Shown piece by piece: positions 7,141 through 16,473 of a stretch of DNA of 64,000 nucleotides. Source of the DNA: an uncultured Candidatus Micrarchaeota archaeon (lineage in GTDB: Archaea; Micrarchaeota; Micrarchaeia; CAILAH01); the NCBI GenBank assembly GCA_903832205.1, contig CAILAH010000038.1, positions 4,456-68,455 on the forward strand. The letters are read 5' to 3'. How positions within the stretch are numbered: position 1 is the stretch's first letter; each line of letters opens with the position of its first letter. Position numbers and translations under genes: made by a program. The notes under the pieces were generated by a model. It was not told the DNA's origin, did not search any database, and saw only the letters and a list, made by a program, of their open reading frames with translations.

Positions 7141-9990
7141 ATGGGAAACAAGACAATATTCATCGTTATGATTTTGCTCTTTGCGAGCGCGGCTTTGGCG
7201 GCCGCACTCATCACAGTTCCGGCAAAGAACACCACAGTGTCAACCGTAAAGGTTAGCCCCGCCCCGCTCGTTTTCAACTATTCTGACAATGATGCAATAC
7301 CCTCATTGTATCTCAGCCTAGGCCCAACCACGCCGATTGCAAACAAGAATTTCTCGATAGTGGTCACGGCGACGGATGATAAGGGAGTCAGTGCGATAAG
7401 GCTGCTGCTCTCAAACGGATGGCAGAACTTCTCGTGCAGCAACCAACCAACCTGCATGAAGGAATTCTCTACATACGAGCAGAACATGGGCACATACTAT
7501 TACAAGGCAATGGTTATCGATAATGCACAGAAAGCTGCAGTGGGCTCAATCCCGATTGCGCTAACGCAGAAATGCCTGGAGAACTGGATGAAATACGGCA
7601 GCACCTGCCTGAACACCGACAAGCAGTACACTTCCTATTATGAGGCAAACGGCTGCGCAGTAACCACAACGCCCGCAGACAATGGGACTTATGTCTCATG
7701 CGACTACTGCACACCGAGCTGGCAGCCGCTGCAGAATCCGTGCACCATAAACGATTCGGCATTCACCTCCTACTATGATATATACACCTGCTTTGCGCAG
7801 ACAGGGCTTGTATCAGACAATAATGTCCCGGCCAATCAGTCAACATTCTGCGACTACTGCGTCACTGACATAAAGTCAACTTCATTAGCATGCACAGCCA
7901 ACGACACGCAGTACACGCACTTTTATGACACGAAAGATTGTTTCGGCATAACCGGATTGGTTGCAGACAAGGTCCCCGCGGACCAGCCGATGCCCTGCGA
8001 TTACTGCACGCCTGCACTGGTTGGGCACAATTCCACATGCGCAATTACAGACACTTACACTAAATCATACACAGATTCAAACACCTGCTTTTCGATAACA
8101 AACCTTTCTTCTGACAAGGTTCCTGTAAACGAGACTTTGGGCTGCGACTACTGCGCACCTAACTGGCAGCCGCAGTACACATCGTGCGTTAGCGGCAACA
8201 TGACCAAATATTACGTCGATGCGAACAATTGCTTTGCCATAACCAGTTTGCCATCGGACAACAACAAGCCAGCTAACGAGACAACGGGCTGCTCATCGGC
8301 AGGCCATCTTGAGCCATATATTGTTTTGCCGAATCAGTCAATATTGGTATCTGGCACGACCCTTGTGAACCAATCAAGAAATGTCACGGTAAGGACTGGA
8401 GTCAAATGCGTCGGCGGCCCCTGCAGCAATGTGACTGCGGCGCTTGACCCGCAGTTACAGATTGTTCCGAGAAAATTAAGAACATCGGTGATTACTGCCA
8501 AGCCCGTGGTTATCGACCAGCCGGTGATTACAAACCCGCAGGTGATTATCCTCTCGGCCAACCTGATAAAGAACGTCAATGAAACGCCGAGAATGGTCAT
8601 TGTAGAATTCAAGGATGACGATTTCTCGCTGGATGACAAGGTGCAGGGAAAGAAAGTCAAGGACAACCAGGACAGGACAATAAAAACGCTGAACAGCGAC
8701 GGGGAGAATTTCAAGGTAAAGTACAAGTATTCGCTGGTCAATGCAATGGCTGGTGAGATAAACTCAAAGGGATTGGATAAGCTCCTTAAGGACCCATCCG
8801 TTTCAGCGATTTATGAGGACTTCGTAGGCCAGGGCTCGGTAGCGCAGGGAAAGGAATCGCTCGGGCTCGACCATGTGAATAATTTCGTAATTAACGGGAA
8901 GAACCTCACTGGAAAGAACTATTCCATCTGCCTGATTGATTCGGGAGTGAATTACAACCACGAATCACTGGGCGGCGGCGGATACCCAAACGCAAAAGTC
9001 ATTGGCGGCTGGAATTTCGTGCACAATATCAGCGACGTTTATGACCTGAACGGCCACGGCACCAAGATGTCCGGAATACTTGCAGGCAACGGCACGGTAA
9101 GGGGCGTGGCTCCCGATGCGACTTTGGTAGAGGCCGTAGTATTGAACGAAACCAACTGGTATGTCGGCTCAAAGGCATATGCGGCAATGGACTGGTGCTA
9201 TGCAAACAGGGTACAATACAACATTGCGGCAGTCAGCATGAGCTTTGGGGATTCCATAGAAAATAATCTGACAACCTGCCCGTCGTACTTCAATGCCCCG
9301 CTAAGAAACATGAACCTTGCGGGAATGACTTTGGCCGCAGCTTCGGGCAATGAATGGTTTAACCACGGTATTGCCTATCCTTCGTGCTCGCCCTATGTGA
9401 TTGGCGTGGGCTCCATGGATGACGGCAGGTATTTCGGCACAGGCCTCAACGACACGATAACGAACTTCACGAACATCGGCTTTGGAATGAACTTCCTGCT
9501 TGCTCCCGGAAGGGGCATAGGCACCACTGACAGGGATACGGGGACGTCCTCATGCACGGGAACATCCTGCTCAACGCCATTCGTAGCTGCGGGCGGTTTG
9601 CTGATGAACCAATATTTGACACTGAAATACAACAGGACCATTAACAACCCGAAGATGTTCAACCTGCTCAACTCAACAGGAAGGCAGATCCCGATGGAGG
9701 ACAAGGCCAGGTACAACGGGACATTCACGTTGCCCTATTTTGACGAGGCGCTGATGAGGTTTGAGGTTCCGCAGCATAAGGCGATTGTGTCTATGGTAAA
9801 CACATCAAAGCCGTTCTACACATTGCAGCAGAACCCTGCATCCTGCGGCAATATGGCTGAAAACCAGGTTTGTGAAACCCAATGGAACGTCACGGCAACT
9901 GGGATTGTAGGCACCTATGAGTTCTACACGATATACAATTCGGGCAGCTCAGCGGCGAACACGACCAAGTTCAACGTGACCATTATCTAA
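7141..9990 (+). CDS. Secreted multidomain S8 (subtilisin-like) peptidase with Cys-rich CDYC repeats and I9-like prodomain
   Basis: Signal peptide; triad motifs LIDSG, NGHGT, GTSCSTP; AASGN; about 49-aa repeats joined by CDYC. Confidence 0.92.
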   Translation: MGNKTIFIVMILLFASAALAAALITVPAKNTTVSTVKVSPAPLVFNYSDNDAIPSLYLSLGPTTPIANKNFSIVVTATDDKGVSAIRLLLSNGWQNFSCSNQPTCMKEFSTYEQNMGTYYYKAMVIDNAQKAAVGSIPIALTQKCLENWMKYGSTCLNTDKQYTSYYEANGCAVTTTPADNGTYVSCDYCTPSWQPLQNPCTINDSAFTSYYDIYTCFAQTGLVSDNNVPANQSTFCDYCVTDIKSTSLACTANDTQYTHFYDTKDCFGITGLVADKVPADQPMPCDYCTPALVGHNSTCAITDTYTKSYTDSNTCFSITNLSSDKVPVNETLGCDYCAPNWQPQYTSCVSGNMTKYYVDANNCFAITSLPSDNNKPANETTGCSSAGHLEPYIVLPNQSILVSGTTLVNQSRNVTVRTGVKCVGGPCSNVTAALDPQLQIVPRKLRTSVITAKPVVIDQPVITNPQVIILSANLIKNVNETPRMVIVEFKDDDFSLDDKVQGKKVKDNQDRTIKTLNSDGENFKVKYKYSLVNAMAGEINSKGLDKLLKDPSVSAIYEDFVGQGSVAQGKESLGLDHVNNFVINGKNLTGKNYSICLIDSGVNYNHESLGGGGYPNAKVIGGWNFVHNISDVYDLNGHGTKMSGILAGNGTVRGVAPDATLVEAVVLNETNWYVGSKAYAAMDWCYANRVQYNIAAVSMSFGDSIENNLTTCPSYFNAPLRNMNLAGMTLAAASGNEWFNHGIAYPSCSPYVIGVGSMDDGRYFGTGLNDTITNFTNIGFGMNFLLAPGRGIGTTDRDTGTSSCTGTSCSTPFVAAGGLLMNQYLTLKYNRTINNPKMFNLLNSTGRQIPMEDKARYNGTFTLPYFDEALMRFEVPQHKAIVSMVNTSKPFYTLQQNPASCGNMAENQVCETQWNVTATGIVGTYEFYTIYNSGSSAANTTKFNVTII

Positions 9991-10052
9991 TCCTTTATTT
10001 TTTTAAAAACCGAAAGCCCCTGCATGAAAAAATGCAGGGAGAATATTCAAAC

Positions 10053-10871
10053 CTAGCGTGACAGCGCCTTTAAAGTCACTTCGAATTCCAGCGTCTTGCC
10101 TGCAAGCGGACCGTTTTCGTCCAGCACTACTGTTTCGTTGTCGGCAGAGGCGACCTTCACAAGGCTCACGGCCCCCGAAGTTGGGTCGGCGATATTATAC
10201 GTGCTGCCCGTTACCACATCAAGCCTGATTAGCAGGGTATCGTTGCTTACGCTCACGACTTCCATCGGGAGGCCGGATTGCGTAAACTTCTGGCCAACGT
10301 CCATTGAAAACATCAGGGTAACGGTGTCGTTGGTGAAATTGTATATGGAAAGGCTGCCCACTGCAGCCGGCAGTGCCTCGCCCGCCTTGATTGTAATGTT
10401 GTCCTTTTCCAAATCGCTCCTGGCGACGTCCTGGAAGCGGGATATGTTATAGTAGCGCGGCACGCTGGCCATCTTCGCAGGGTCGGAGAGGCCGTAGCCG
10501 TCTATCGGCGCTACTGAGAAGTTCTTCGACTCGCCCACTTTCATCCCCACAACACCGTTTACAAATCCCGGAATAATACCATGGTTGGTAAGCAGCGCGA
10601 ATGTAAGGGGCTGGTAGCCCGCATTTGCATTGTAAATTCCCGCGCTCATTGCCACATCGGGCAGGGAAGTGTCCAGCACCTGCCCGTCCACGCGGAGGGT
10701 GTAATCCACCGTGACGTTGTCACCGTACTGTGCGGTGAGTGCGGCGGGCTGCGTTGAATTCTGCGTGGAATTTTGCAGCGGAGTTGTTCCCTGGTTGGTG
10801 CATCCAAAAAGGAGGATGCCGAACATCAGGAATGCGGACAACAGCAGGAATTTTTTCATAAAGATATTCAT
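10053..10871 (-). CDS. FKBP-type peptidyl-prolyl isomerase (SlyD-like), probable lipoprotein
   Basis: LLFGC lipobox; GDNVTVDYT, VLDTS, IIPGF...GMKVGE, PLAGKTLEFEV. Confidence 0.9.
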   Translation of the reverse strand: MNIFMKKFLLLSAFLMFGILLFGCTNQGTTPLQNSTQNSTQPAALTAQYGDNVTVDYTLRVDGQVLDTSLPDVAMSAGIYNANAGYQPLTFALLTNHGIIPGFVNGVVGMKVGESKNFSVAPIDGYGLSDPAKMASVPRYYNISRFQDVARSDLEKDNITIKAGEALPAAVGSLSIYNFTNDTVTLMFSMDVGQKFTQSGLPMEVVSVSNDTLLIRLDVVTGSTYNIADPTSGAVSLVKVASADNETVVLDENGPLAGKTLEFEVTLKALSR

Positions 10872-10909
10872 CCAGAAATGGTTTTAAAGTTTCTAAAAAT
10901 CTCCCTCAA

Positions 10910-12394
10910 TCAGTCAATCATTATTTCCCTGCCGGTTTTGGTTTCCTTGACATTGATGAGCAGTGCCAGGGCAGCGCCAATGGCCACGATTATGGAAGAA
11001 ATCACGAAGACCTCACGGTAGGAAAGTATGTCCGCGCGCAATATCATGAGAGGGACAACCTGGCTGAGTACGACAGGGTTGAGGCTGTTTATCACGCTAT
11101 TCTGCGCAATTGCCAGCACGTTTGCGTTTATTGCGCCATTAAGTATGGATGCAAATATGGCAATCCCAAATGCGCCGGCGATGTTCCGCGTCAGCGCCAG
11201 CACGGATGAGGCTTCGCCGACCTCGTCATCCGGCACGGTGGATGCGATGATCGAGGTGCGCTGGGACATCGCGAAGCCCATGCTGAACGCCATGACGAAT
11301 ATGGGTATCATAAAATCCAACGCGGTTGCGCGCGCGTCCATCGCAAACGAGAACATGTAAATGCCGATGGCAGCGCCAAAAGTGCTTATTGCAATTACCA
11401 CGCCGGGCCTGACCCTGCCGATGAGCTGCGCGCCAAGCGGTGCGGCAAGCACCATGCCGAATGCCATGGGCATGAAAAGATAGCCAGTTTCAGTTGATGT
11501 GTAGCCGAGGAAAGATTGGACGAATACAGGCAGGATAAACAGGCAGCCCATCATTCCCATGAACACGACGAAATTATTCGCAAGCGTGGCCGTAAATGCG
11601 CTATGGCTGAAGAATTTGAAATCAACCAGCGGCTCAGGATGCTTCGAGTCTATGAGATAGAACAGATAGCCGAATAGGATTACCGCCGTATAGCAGAGCA
11701 GGCTGTAGGGCGATGTCCAGCCCCATTCCAGCCCCTTATCAAGCACGAGGACAAGGCAGGAAAGCGCAACACCAAGCGTAATCGCGCCCCAAATATCAAA
11801 CTTCTCGGTCTTCTTTTCGGATACGGATTCATTGATGAACAGCATTGCCATGGCCATGCCAAGAAGGCCCACGGGGAGATTAATCAGGAACACCGAGCGC
11901 CAGCCGAACGTGTCAACGAGCGGGCCGCCAATCAACGGGCCGAAAACTGCCGCAGCTGCAAAAGATACTGACCAAATGCCAAGCGCTTCCGCACGCTCCT
12001 TTCCGTTCCTGAACGTCATCACGATAATCGCCATGGCGGTGGGATAATCGGCCGAGCTGGCAATGGCCTGTATTATGCGGAAAACAATCATGGATGACAG
12101 GTCCCAAGACAGGCCCGCAAGCACCGAGCCGATAATGAATATGGTGAAACCTGCCATATACACCTTTTTCCGGCCTATTGTATCTCCAAGCTTGCCCCAC
12201 ACCGGCACGAAAACCGCATTCGCCAGTATGTAGGCGGTGGCAATCCAGCCTGCTTCGGAAATCGTAATGGAAAAATCGCCCATTATTTTGGGGAGCGCAA
12301 GATTCACGATGGTCTGGTCAAGGCGCCCCAAAAAAGTCCCGACTATGACGGTGAGCAGCACGAGCCACTTCAGGGTATCAGCTTTGCTCGGCAT
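10910..12394 (-). CDS. DHA2 (EmrB/QacA) MFS efflux transporter
   Basis: LDQTIVNLALP, GKLGDTIGRKK, GPLIGG, WRSVFLINLPVG; about 14 TM; start taken at MPSKAD. Confidence 0.93.
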   Translation of the reverse strand: MPSKADTLKWLVLLTVIVGTFLGRLDQTIVNLALPKIMGDFSITISEAGWIATAYILANAVFVPVWGKLGDTIGRKKVYMAGFTIFIIGSVLAGLSWDLSSMIVFRIIQAIASSADYPTAMAIIVMTFRNGKERAEALGIWSVSFAAAAVFGPLIGGPLVDTFGWRSVFLINLPVGLLGMAMAMLFINESVSEKKTEKFDIWGAITLGVALSCLVLVLDKGLEWGWTSPYSLLCYTAVILFGYLFYLIDSKHPEPLVDFKFFSHSAFTATLANNFVVFMGMMGCLFILPVFVQSFLGYTSTETGYLFMPMAFGMVLAAPLGAQLIGRVRPGVVIAISTFGAAIGIYMFSFAMDARATALDFMIPIFVMAFSMGFAMSQRTSIIASTVPDDEVGEASSVLALTRNIAGAFGIAIFASILNGAINANVLAIAQNSVINSLNPVVLSQVVPLMILRADILSYREVFVISSIIVAIGAALALLINVKETKTGREIMID

Positions 12395-12396
12395 CT

Positions 12397-13116
12397 TTAT
12401 CCCGTTGATTTGTAAACCCACATCTTGGCCGACATGCCGTTTTTAATATCGGGATTGCCCAGGCTGTCAAAGTTGGCCCGCACCTCAAATTCCTGTTCCT
12501 GGCGCTTGTCCGATATGCTGAAAACAATATCCTGCGACCTGGGAGTGGTTCCGACTGATTCGACCGTGCCCTCAAATTGCTTTGAGCCGAACGCATCCAC
12601 AGTGAAAACAACGCGCTGCCCCGGCTTGATATCTGCAAGCCCCTTGTCTTCCGCTATCCTGCCGATTACGCGCAGCTCGCGGGGGTCAAACATCTTTACA
12701 AGCACGTCCTGCGGACCGACAATCTGCCCTGGCGTTTTCTTCACGTATGTAATAATGCCATAGCTCTTGGCCTCAACGTAATTGTCGCCGATCTTGACCA
12801 GCTTTTGGCCCGGCGCCACCTCATCGCCCTCATCAACATAGATATTATCAAGTGTCCCGGATGTTTGCGCGCTGAGCGATATGATGGGCGCGCTTATCTC
12901 GGCTTTTTCAAGGTATATCTTCTGCTGCATGTCCTGCAGGTAGAGCATCCCGCCAATCAGCGCTATAATCAGTATAACCACTAGGGCGTCGAGCAGCCGC
13001 ACGTTCTGATTTCCCATCAGGTTCCTTAGCGACCCTATTCCCAAGCCTTTTTTCGGCTCATCATGCTTTTCAAGCGCTGCCTCAATTTTCTCAAGTTTTG
13101 CCCTATGCTCCACCAT
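12397..13116 (-). CDS. HlyD/EmrA-like membrane fusion (adaptor) protein lacking the alpha-hairpin
   Basis: N-terminal TM; lipoyl half-motifs SGTLDNIYVDEGDEVAPGQKL and AKSYGII; IKPGQRVVFTVDAF; KNGMSA. Confidence 0.85.
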   Translation of the reverse strand: MVEHRAKLEKIEAALEKHDEPKKGLGIGSLRNLMGNQNVRLLDALVVILIIALIGGMLYLQDMQQKIYLEKAEISAPIISLSAQTSGTLDNIYVDEGDEVAPGQKLVKIGDNYVEAKSYGIITYVKKTPGQIVGPQDVLVKMFDPRELRVIGRIAEDKGLADIKPGQRVVFTVDAFGSKQFEGTVESVGTTPRSQDIVFSISDKRQEQEFEVRANFDSLGNPDIKNGMSAKMWVYKSTG

Positions 13117-13561
13117 ATTTCTCCCTCAGTATCTTTTCCATAATTGCGTTCACATTCTCAAGCGAATTGCAAAGGTAATCCAATTCATAATCGCTAAGCC
13201 CGGAAATGTTTTTGCGGATTGCTTCCCGGACATTGCGCTTCAGCTGCTTTGTGAAGGCCCTGCCTTTCGGCGTTATCTCAATCATAACGACCCTGTGGTC
13301 CTTCTGGCCCTGCATGTGCCTGACCTTGCCTTCACGCATAAGCTTGCCGACGATTGCAGTCATATTCGGCTTTGAGCGCTGCAGCTGATAGCTCAGCTCG
13401 GTCATGGTCCTTGGCTTGCGCATGAGCATCCAAAGCACCCAGTATTGCGGGTGCAGCGGTGGCGGTTTCATCCCCTGGCTGCCCTTGCATCCCATGAGGC
13501 GGAATACCCTTACCAGTGAGATGAGCCCCTCCGCCACACGCTCGTGTTTAGTCTTTTTCAT
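13103..13561 (-). CDS. MarR-family transcriptional regulator
   Basis: TMTELSYQLQRSKPNMTAIVGKL...DHRVVMIEITPKG winged helix. Confidence 0.9.
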   Translation of the reverse strand: MKKTKHERVAEGLISLVRVFRLMGCKGSQGMKPPPLHPQYWVLWMLMRKPRTMTELSYQLQRSKPNMTAIVGKLMREGKVRHMQGQKDHRVVMIEITPKGRAFTKQLKRNVREAIRKNISGLSDYELDYLCNSLENVNAIMEKILREKYGGA

Positions 13562-13598
13562 AATCCCTTTCCGCGTTTATTAAAAGCAGTAAATATAA

Positions 13599-13619
13599 AT
13601 AGTTAACTTTTTTAACCAT
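13599..13619. promoter_or_regulatory. Imperfect palindrome ATAGTTAA-N5-TTAACCAT, candidate MarR operator
   Basis: 7/8 bp inverted repeat directly next to a TATA-like TTTATATTT (minus strand) upstream of marR. Confidence 0.5.
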
Positions 13620-13707
13620 TTTGCGGGTTTGTGGTTTACATCAGTGAAACGGGGCTAAGTGTAGCCAGCACTTTCCCTTTTTATTTGTTACGAGTGAATC
13701 AACTGTC

Positions 13708-14190
13708 ATGAGAAAAATGCTCCTTCTTACAATGCTATTGTTTCTTGTTTCTCTTATGCCCCTTGTGTTTTCAGCAACAGAGGTCCATACTGCGTGCTTT
13801 GACGATTACGCATCATGCGCATATTCCTGCTGTGAATCGGCTGGAGGCACATTCAATCGGGAGCAGGGGGAATGCGAATGGAATACTCAGGGCAACATTG
13901 GTAAGTATGATGTGTGTGTGAGCAAGGGATGCACACCAACGCTATTAAAATGCACTAATGCAACTGAGGCGATTATGCAGAAGCATGAGGCCTGCCAGGG
14001 CACATGCGCCTCAGCCGATGAAAGCGCGGCAGGCAGCTGCTACAAAGCGTGCGATGATGAAGCACTGAAGGCACAAACAATCGGAGTTATAACCAAGGCA
14101 GGGAACTGCCCCGGTGCGCTTATACTGCTGTCAGCAGTGCCTTTGCTGTTCCTCACCGCGGGCATGCTGTTCGCAAAAATAGATGCCTAA
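13708..14190 (+). CDS. Secreted Cys-rich protein, same family as 2268-3565, with Cys-TM tail
   Basis: Signal peptide; Cx6Cx3CC...YDVCx4Cx6C...Cx3C..Cx3C; tail GNCPG+TM. Confidence 0.85.
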   Translation: MRKMLLLTMLLFLVSLMPLVFSATEVHTACFDDYASCAYSCCESAGGTFNREQGECEWNTQGNIGKYDVCVSKGCTPTLLKCTNATEAIMQKHEACQGTCASADESAAGSCYKACDDEALKAQTIGVITKAGNCPGALILLSAVPLLFLTAGMLFAKIDA

Positions 14191-14227
14191 CCTTTCCCTT
14201 TTTATTTCTTGCCCCCAAATCATAACC

Positions 14228-14704
14228 ATGAGAAAGATACTTTTGCTTATGGCGCTGCTCCTTGCATTCGGGGCGGCATTTGCGCTTGGTGCAGGCTGCT
14301 CGGAGAAGGCATACGTGGCGGCGTGCTCAGGCTGCTCCTTTGATGCGAACGGCAGGATGGACCAGTCCTGCTCAAGTGCGCAGAGGGCAGGAGGGATTGC
14401 ATGCGTAAGCGCTTCCTATCCGATAATGAGCGCCAAGTATTCCGCGGGCCAATGTCCGGGCGTGGATGCGTGCGCATCAGAGCTATCTTCATGCGTCTCT
14501 TCGGTCTCCTCAGGAAATGACAAGGCGAACTGTGAGGAAGGCAGCGCACATACCTGTTATGCGGCTTCAGACTCGTGCATACAGACCGCTGCAAAGAACT
14601 GCGGCGAGTTTGAGGGGCAGACGTGCTCCGGCTCAAGCGGCCTGATCCTTGCGGTTCTCGGGATAGTGGGAATGGCGTCCTACATTAGGAGCAGGAAAAA
14701 CTAA
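14228..14704 (+). CDS. Secreted Cys-rich protein with Cys-TM-basic tail
   Basis: Signal peptide MRKILLLMALLLAFGAAFA; many Cys; tail QTCSGSSG+TM+RSRKN. Confidence 0.85.
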   Translation: MRKILLLMALLLAFGAAFALGAGCSEKAYVAACSGCSFDANGRMDQSCSSAQRAGGIACVSASYPIMSAKYSAGQCPGVDACASELSSCVSSVSSGNDKANCEEGSAHTCYAASDSCIQTAAKNCGEFEGQTCSGSSGLILAVLGIVGMASYIRSRKN

Positions 14705-14706
14705 AT

Positions 14707-15516
14707 TTAGTCAAGGCTCCACGGGAAGAAGAGCGTGGAGTATTTTTCATTTTCTTTAAGCGCCAATGTATATACGTCCTCATGATGCAGGTTGTAGAGC
14801 AGTATTGCCTTTTCCTCTCCGAGCATTTGCAGCCCATTCACCATTACCGGCGCCATTTCTTCCCTGAAATGCCCAATCAAATTGCAGCACCTGATTATGT
14901 CAAACTTGCCCACGTTAAATTCTGCGTTAAGCGCCCTAATATATTCATCCGGGTTCAGCACGTCAAACGGGAAGAACACAACCTCAGCAAAACCCTCCTT
15001 GACGCGCTCAATGCGCTGCTGCCTTATGTCGCCGCCGAATACAATATGGCCGATGCCGTGTTCAGCACAAATGTGCTGCGCAAGCTCAATGGTTGTGACA
15101 CCGATCACCGATGCGCCGCCGATGTAGCCGCCCACGCCCACATCCAATACATTCAAAGGCCACTTGCCATTGAGATGAGAGAGATATTTCGAAATGATGC
15201 GCTCGGTTGCACGCAGCCTGTGAGGCTCAGTATGCGTATTGGTCGCTTTTGAAAGCAGCTGCACAAGCTGCTCCTGCAGTGCAGGGTCTGCGATAATCTG
15301 CTGCAACAGCTGCGAATATTTGCCGTAGGAATATGATGCTGTATCGCCCAGGAGCCCGTTTACCGCCCTATATACTATAGTTGAGGTCAACTGCTCATCG
15401 TGCAGCCCGTTCATTTTCCTGAACTCGTTAATCCGCCTTTCCAGCTTTAGCCCGTAGTGCGAGCCAATAACGCTTTTGAGCGCTTCCCTTTCCATATCTG
15501 TATCTGCATGCATCAT
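14707..15516 (-). CDS. Putative SAM-dependent methyltransferase (CheR-like C-terminal motifs)
   Basis: VLDVGVG motif I, FGGDI, FDVLNP, KFDIIRCCNLIGHF. Confidence 0.6.
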   Translation of the reverse strand: MMHADTDMEREALKSVIGSHYGLKLERRINEFRKMNGLHDEQLTSTIVYRAVNGLLGDTASYSYGKYSQLLQQIIADPALQEQLVQLLSKATNTHTEPHRLRATERIISKYLSHLNGKWPLNVLDVGVGGYIGGASVIGVTTIELAQHICAEHGIGHIVFGGDIRQQRIERVKEGFAEVVFFPFDVLNPDEYIRALNAEFNVGKFDIIRCCNLIGHFREEMAPVMVNGLQMLGEEKAILLYNLHHEDVYTLALKENEKYSTLFFPWSLD

Positions 15517-15589
15517 ATTGATTGGGCGTTTTCGGATTAAAATAGGTTGCGGTTGAACCTTTTATTAATTACGGGAGAATTGCATTCGT

Positions 15590-16441
15590 ATGTGTCCAGA
15601 GGCCTACGCACAAAAGCGCAAAGAGGATGAAGAGGAGACTGAAGAGAAGAAAGACAAGAAGAGGCGGGCACGGGAGAAGGTGTTTGAGCAGAAGCGCGAA
15701 TACCATTCGCCGGAAGCAAAGATTGAGACTGCTCCTAGGACAGAAACAAAGGCGCCCCAGGAAGAGCGCAGGCCCACCATTGAGGCGTCAATAAAAACGA
15801 CGGTTCAGGAGAAGGACATCGTTATTGATGACAAGGGCACATTGTCAAAGGACTATTCGGCAAAGGACACGCTCAAGTTCCAGAGGACCGACACGTTCGA
15901 GTCGCAGAGAAAGATTGAGGAGGAGACGAAGAGGAAGGAGGATGAGAACAAGCGCACGGCAAAAGAGAGCGTGGGCCAGCAGCTCAAGATGAAATCAAAA
16001 TCGCCTGAAGAGCTGCAGCGTGAGGAGATGAGAAAGCGCGTGCGCGAAGAGGAGAGGCTGGCGGAAGAGCAGAAGCAGTCAAATGAGCGCGAACGGGCGA
16101 AGAAAGACGTTGTAAGAATAGAAAAGAGGAAGCTGCAGAAGGAGGAAGTGCCGAAGGAGAAGATTGTGATTTCGCACAGGGACAGGGTTGAGGAGCAGAA
16201 GAGGGTGGTGCAGGAGCACATTGACAGGCAGAGAAAGGTTGCAGACCAGAGAACGAGGGAAGTCGAGCAGCTCAAGGAGAACCTCAACAAGAAAAAGAGG
16301 AACGTGAACAGGGAGATTGAGATATTGCAGAAGATACTATTGGGCGGCGCGTTCAGGGGCAGGAGAAAGGGTGCGATTGGAAGGTTCGCAAAATCACTTG
16401 ACGAGTTCGTAAAGTCGCTATCGGCCAAGAAACAGAGATAA
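15590..16441 (+). CDS. Hypothetical highly charged coiled-coil protein
   Basis: Long ORF rich in E/K/R with host-like codon usage; TATA-like TTTATTAA upstream. Confidence 0.75.
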   Translation: MCPEAYAQKRKEDEEETEEKKDKKRRAREKVFEQKREYHSPEAKIETAPRTETKAPQEERRPTIEASIKTTVQEKDIVIDDKGTLSKDYSAKDTLKFQRTDTFESQRKIEEETKRKEDENKRTAKESVGQQLKMKSKSPEELQREEMRKRVREEERLAEEQKQSNERERAKKDVVRIEKRKLQKEEVPKEKIVISHRDRVEEQKRVVQEHIDRQRKVADQRTREVEQLKENLNKKKRNVNREIEILQKILLGGAFRGRRKGAIGRFAKSLDEFVKSLSAKKQR

Positions 16442-16473
16442 TGCCCCAATGGCGTAATCTATTCCTTAACAAA

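Noticed and set aside
6038-10000. Integrated provirus or island at tRNA-Leu
   Set aside because: No integrase, viral hallmark gene or repeated tRNA 3' end found downstream.
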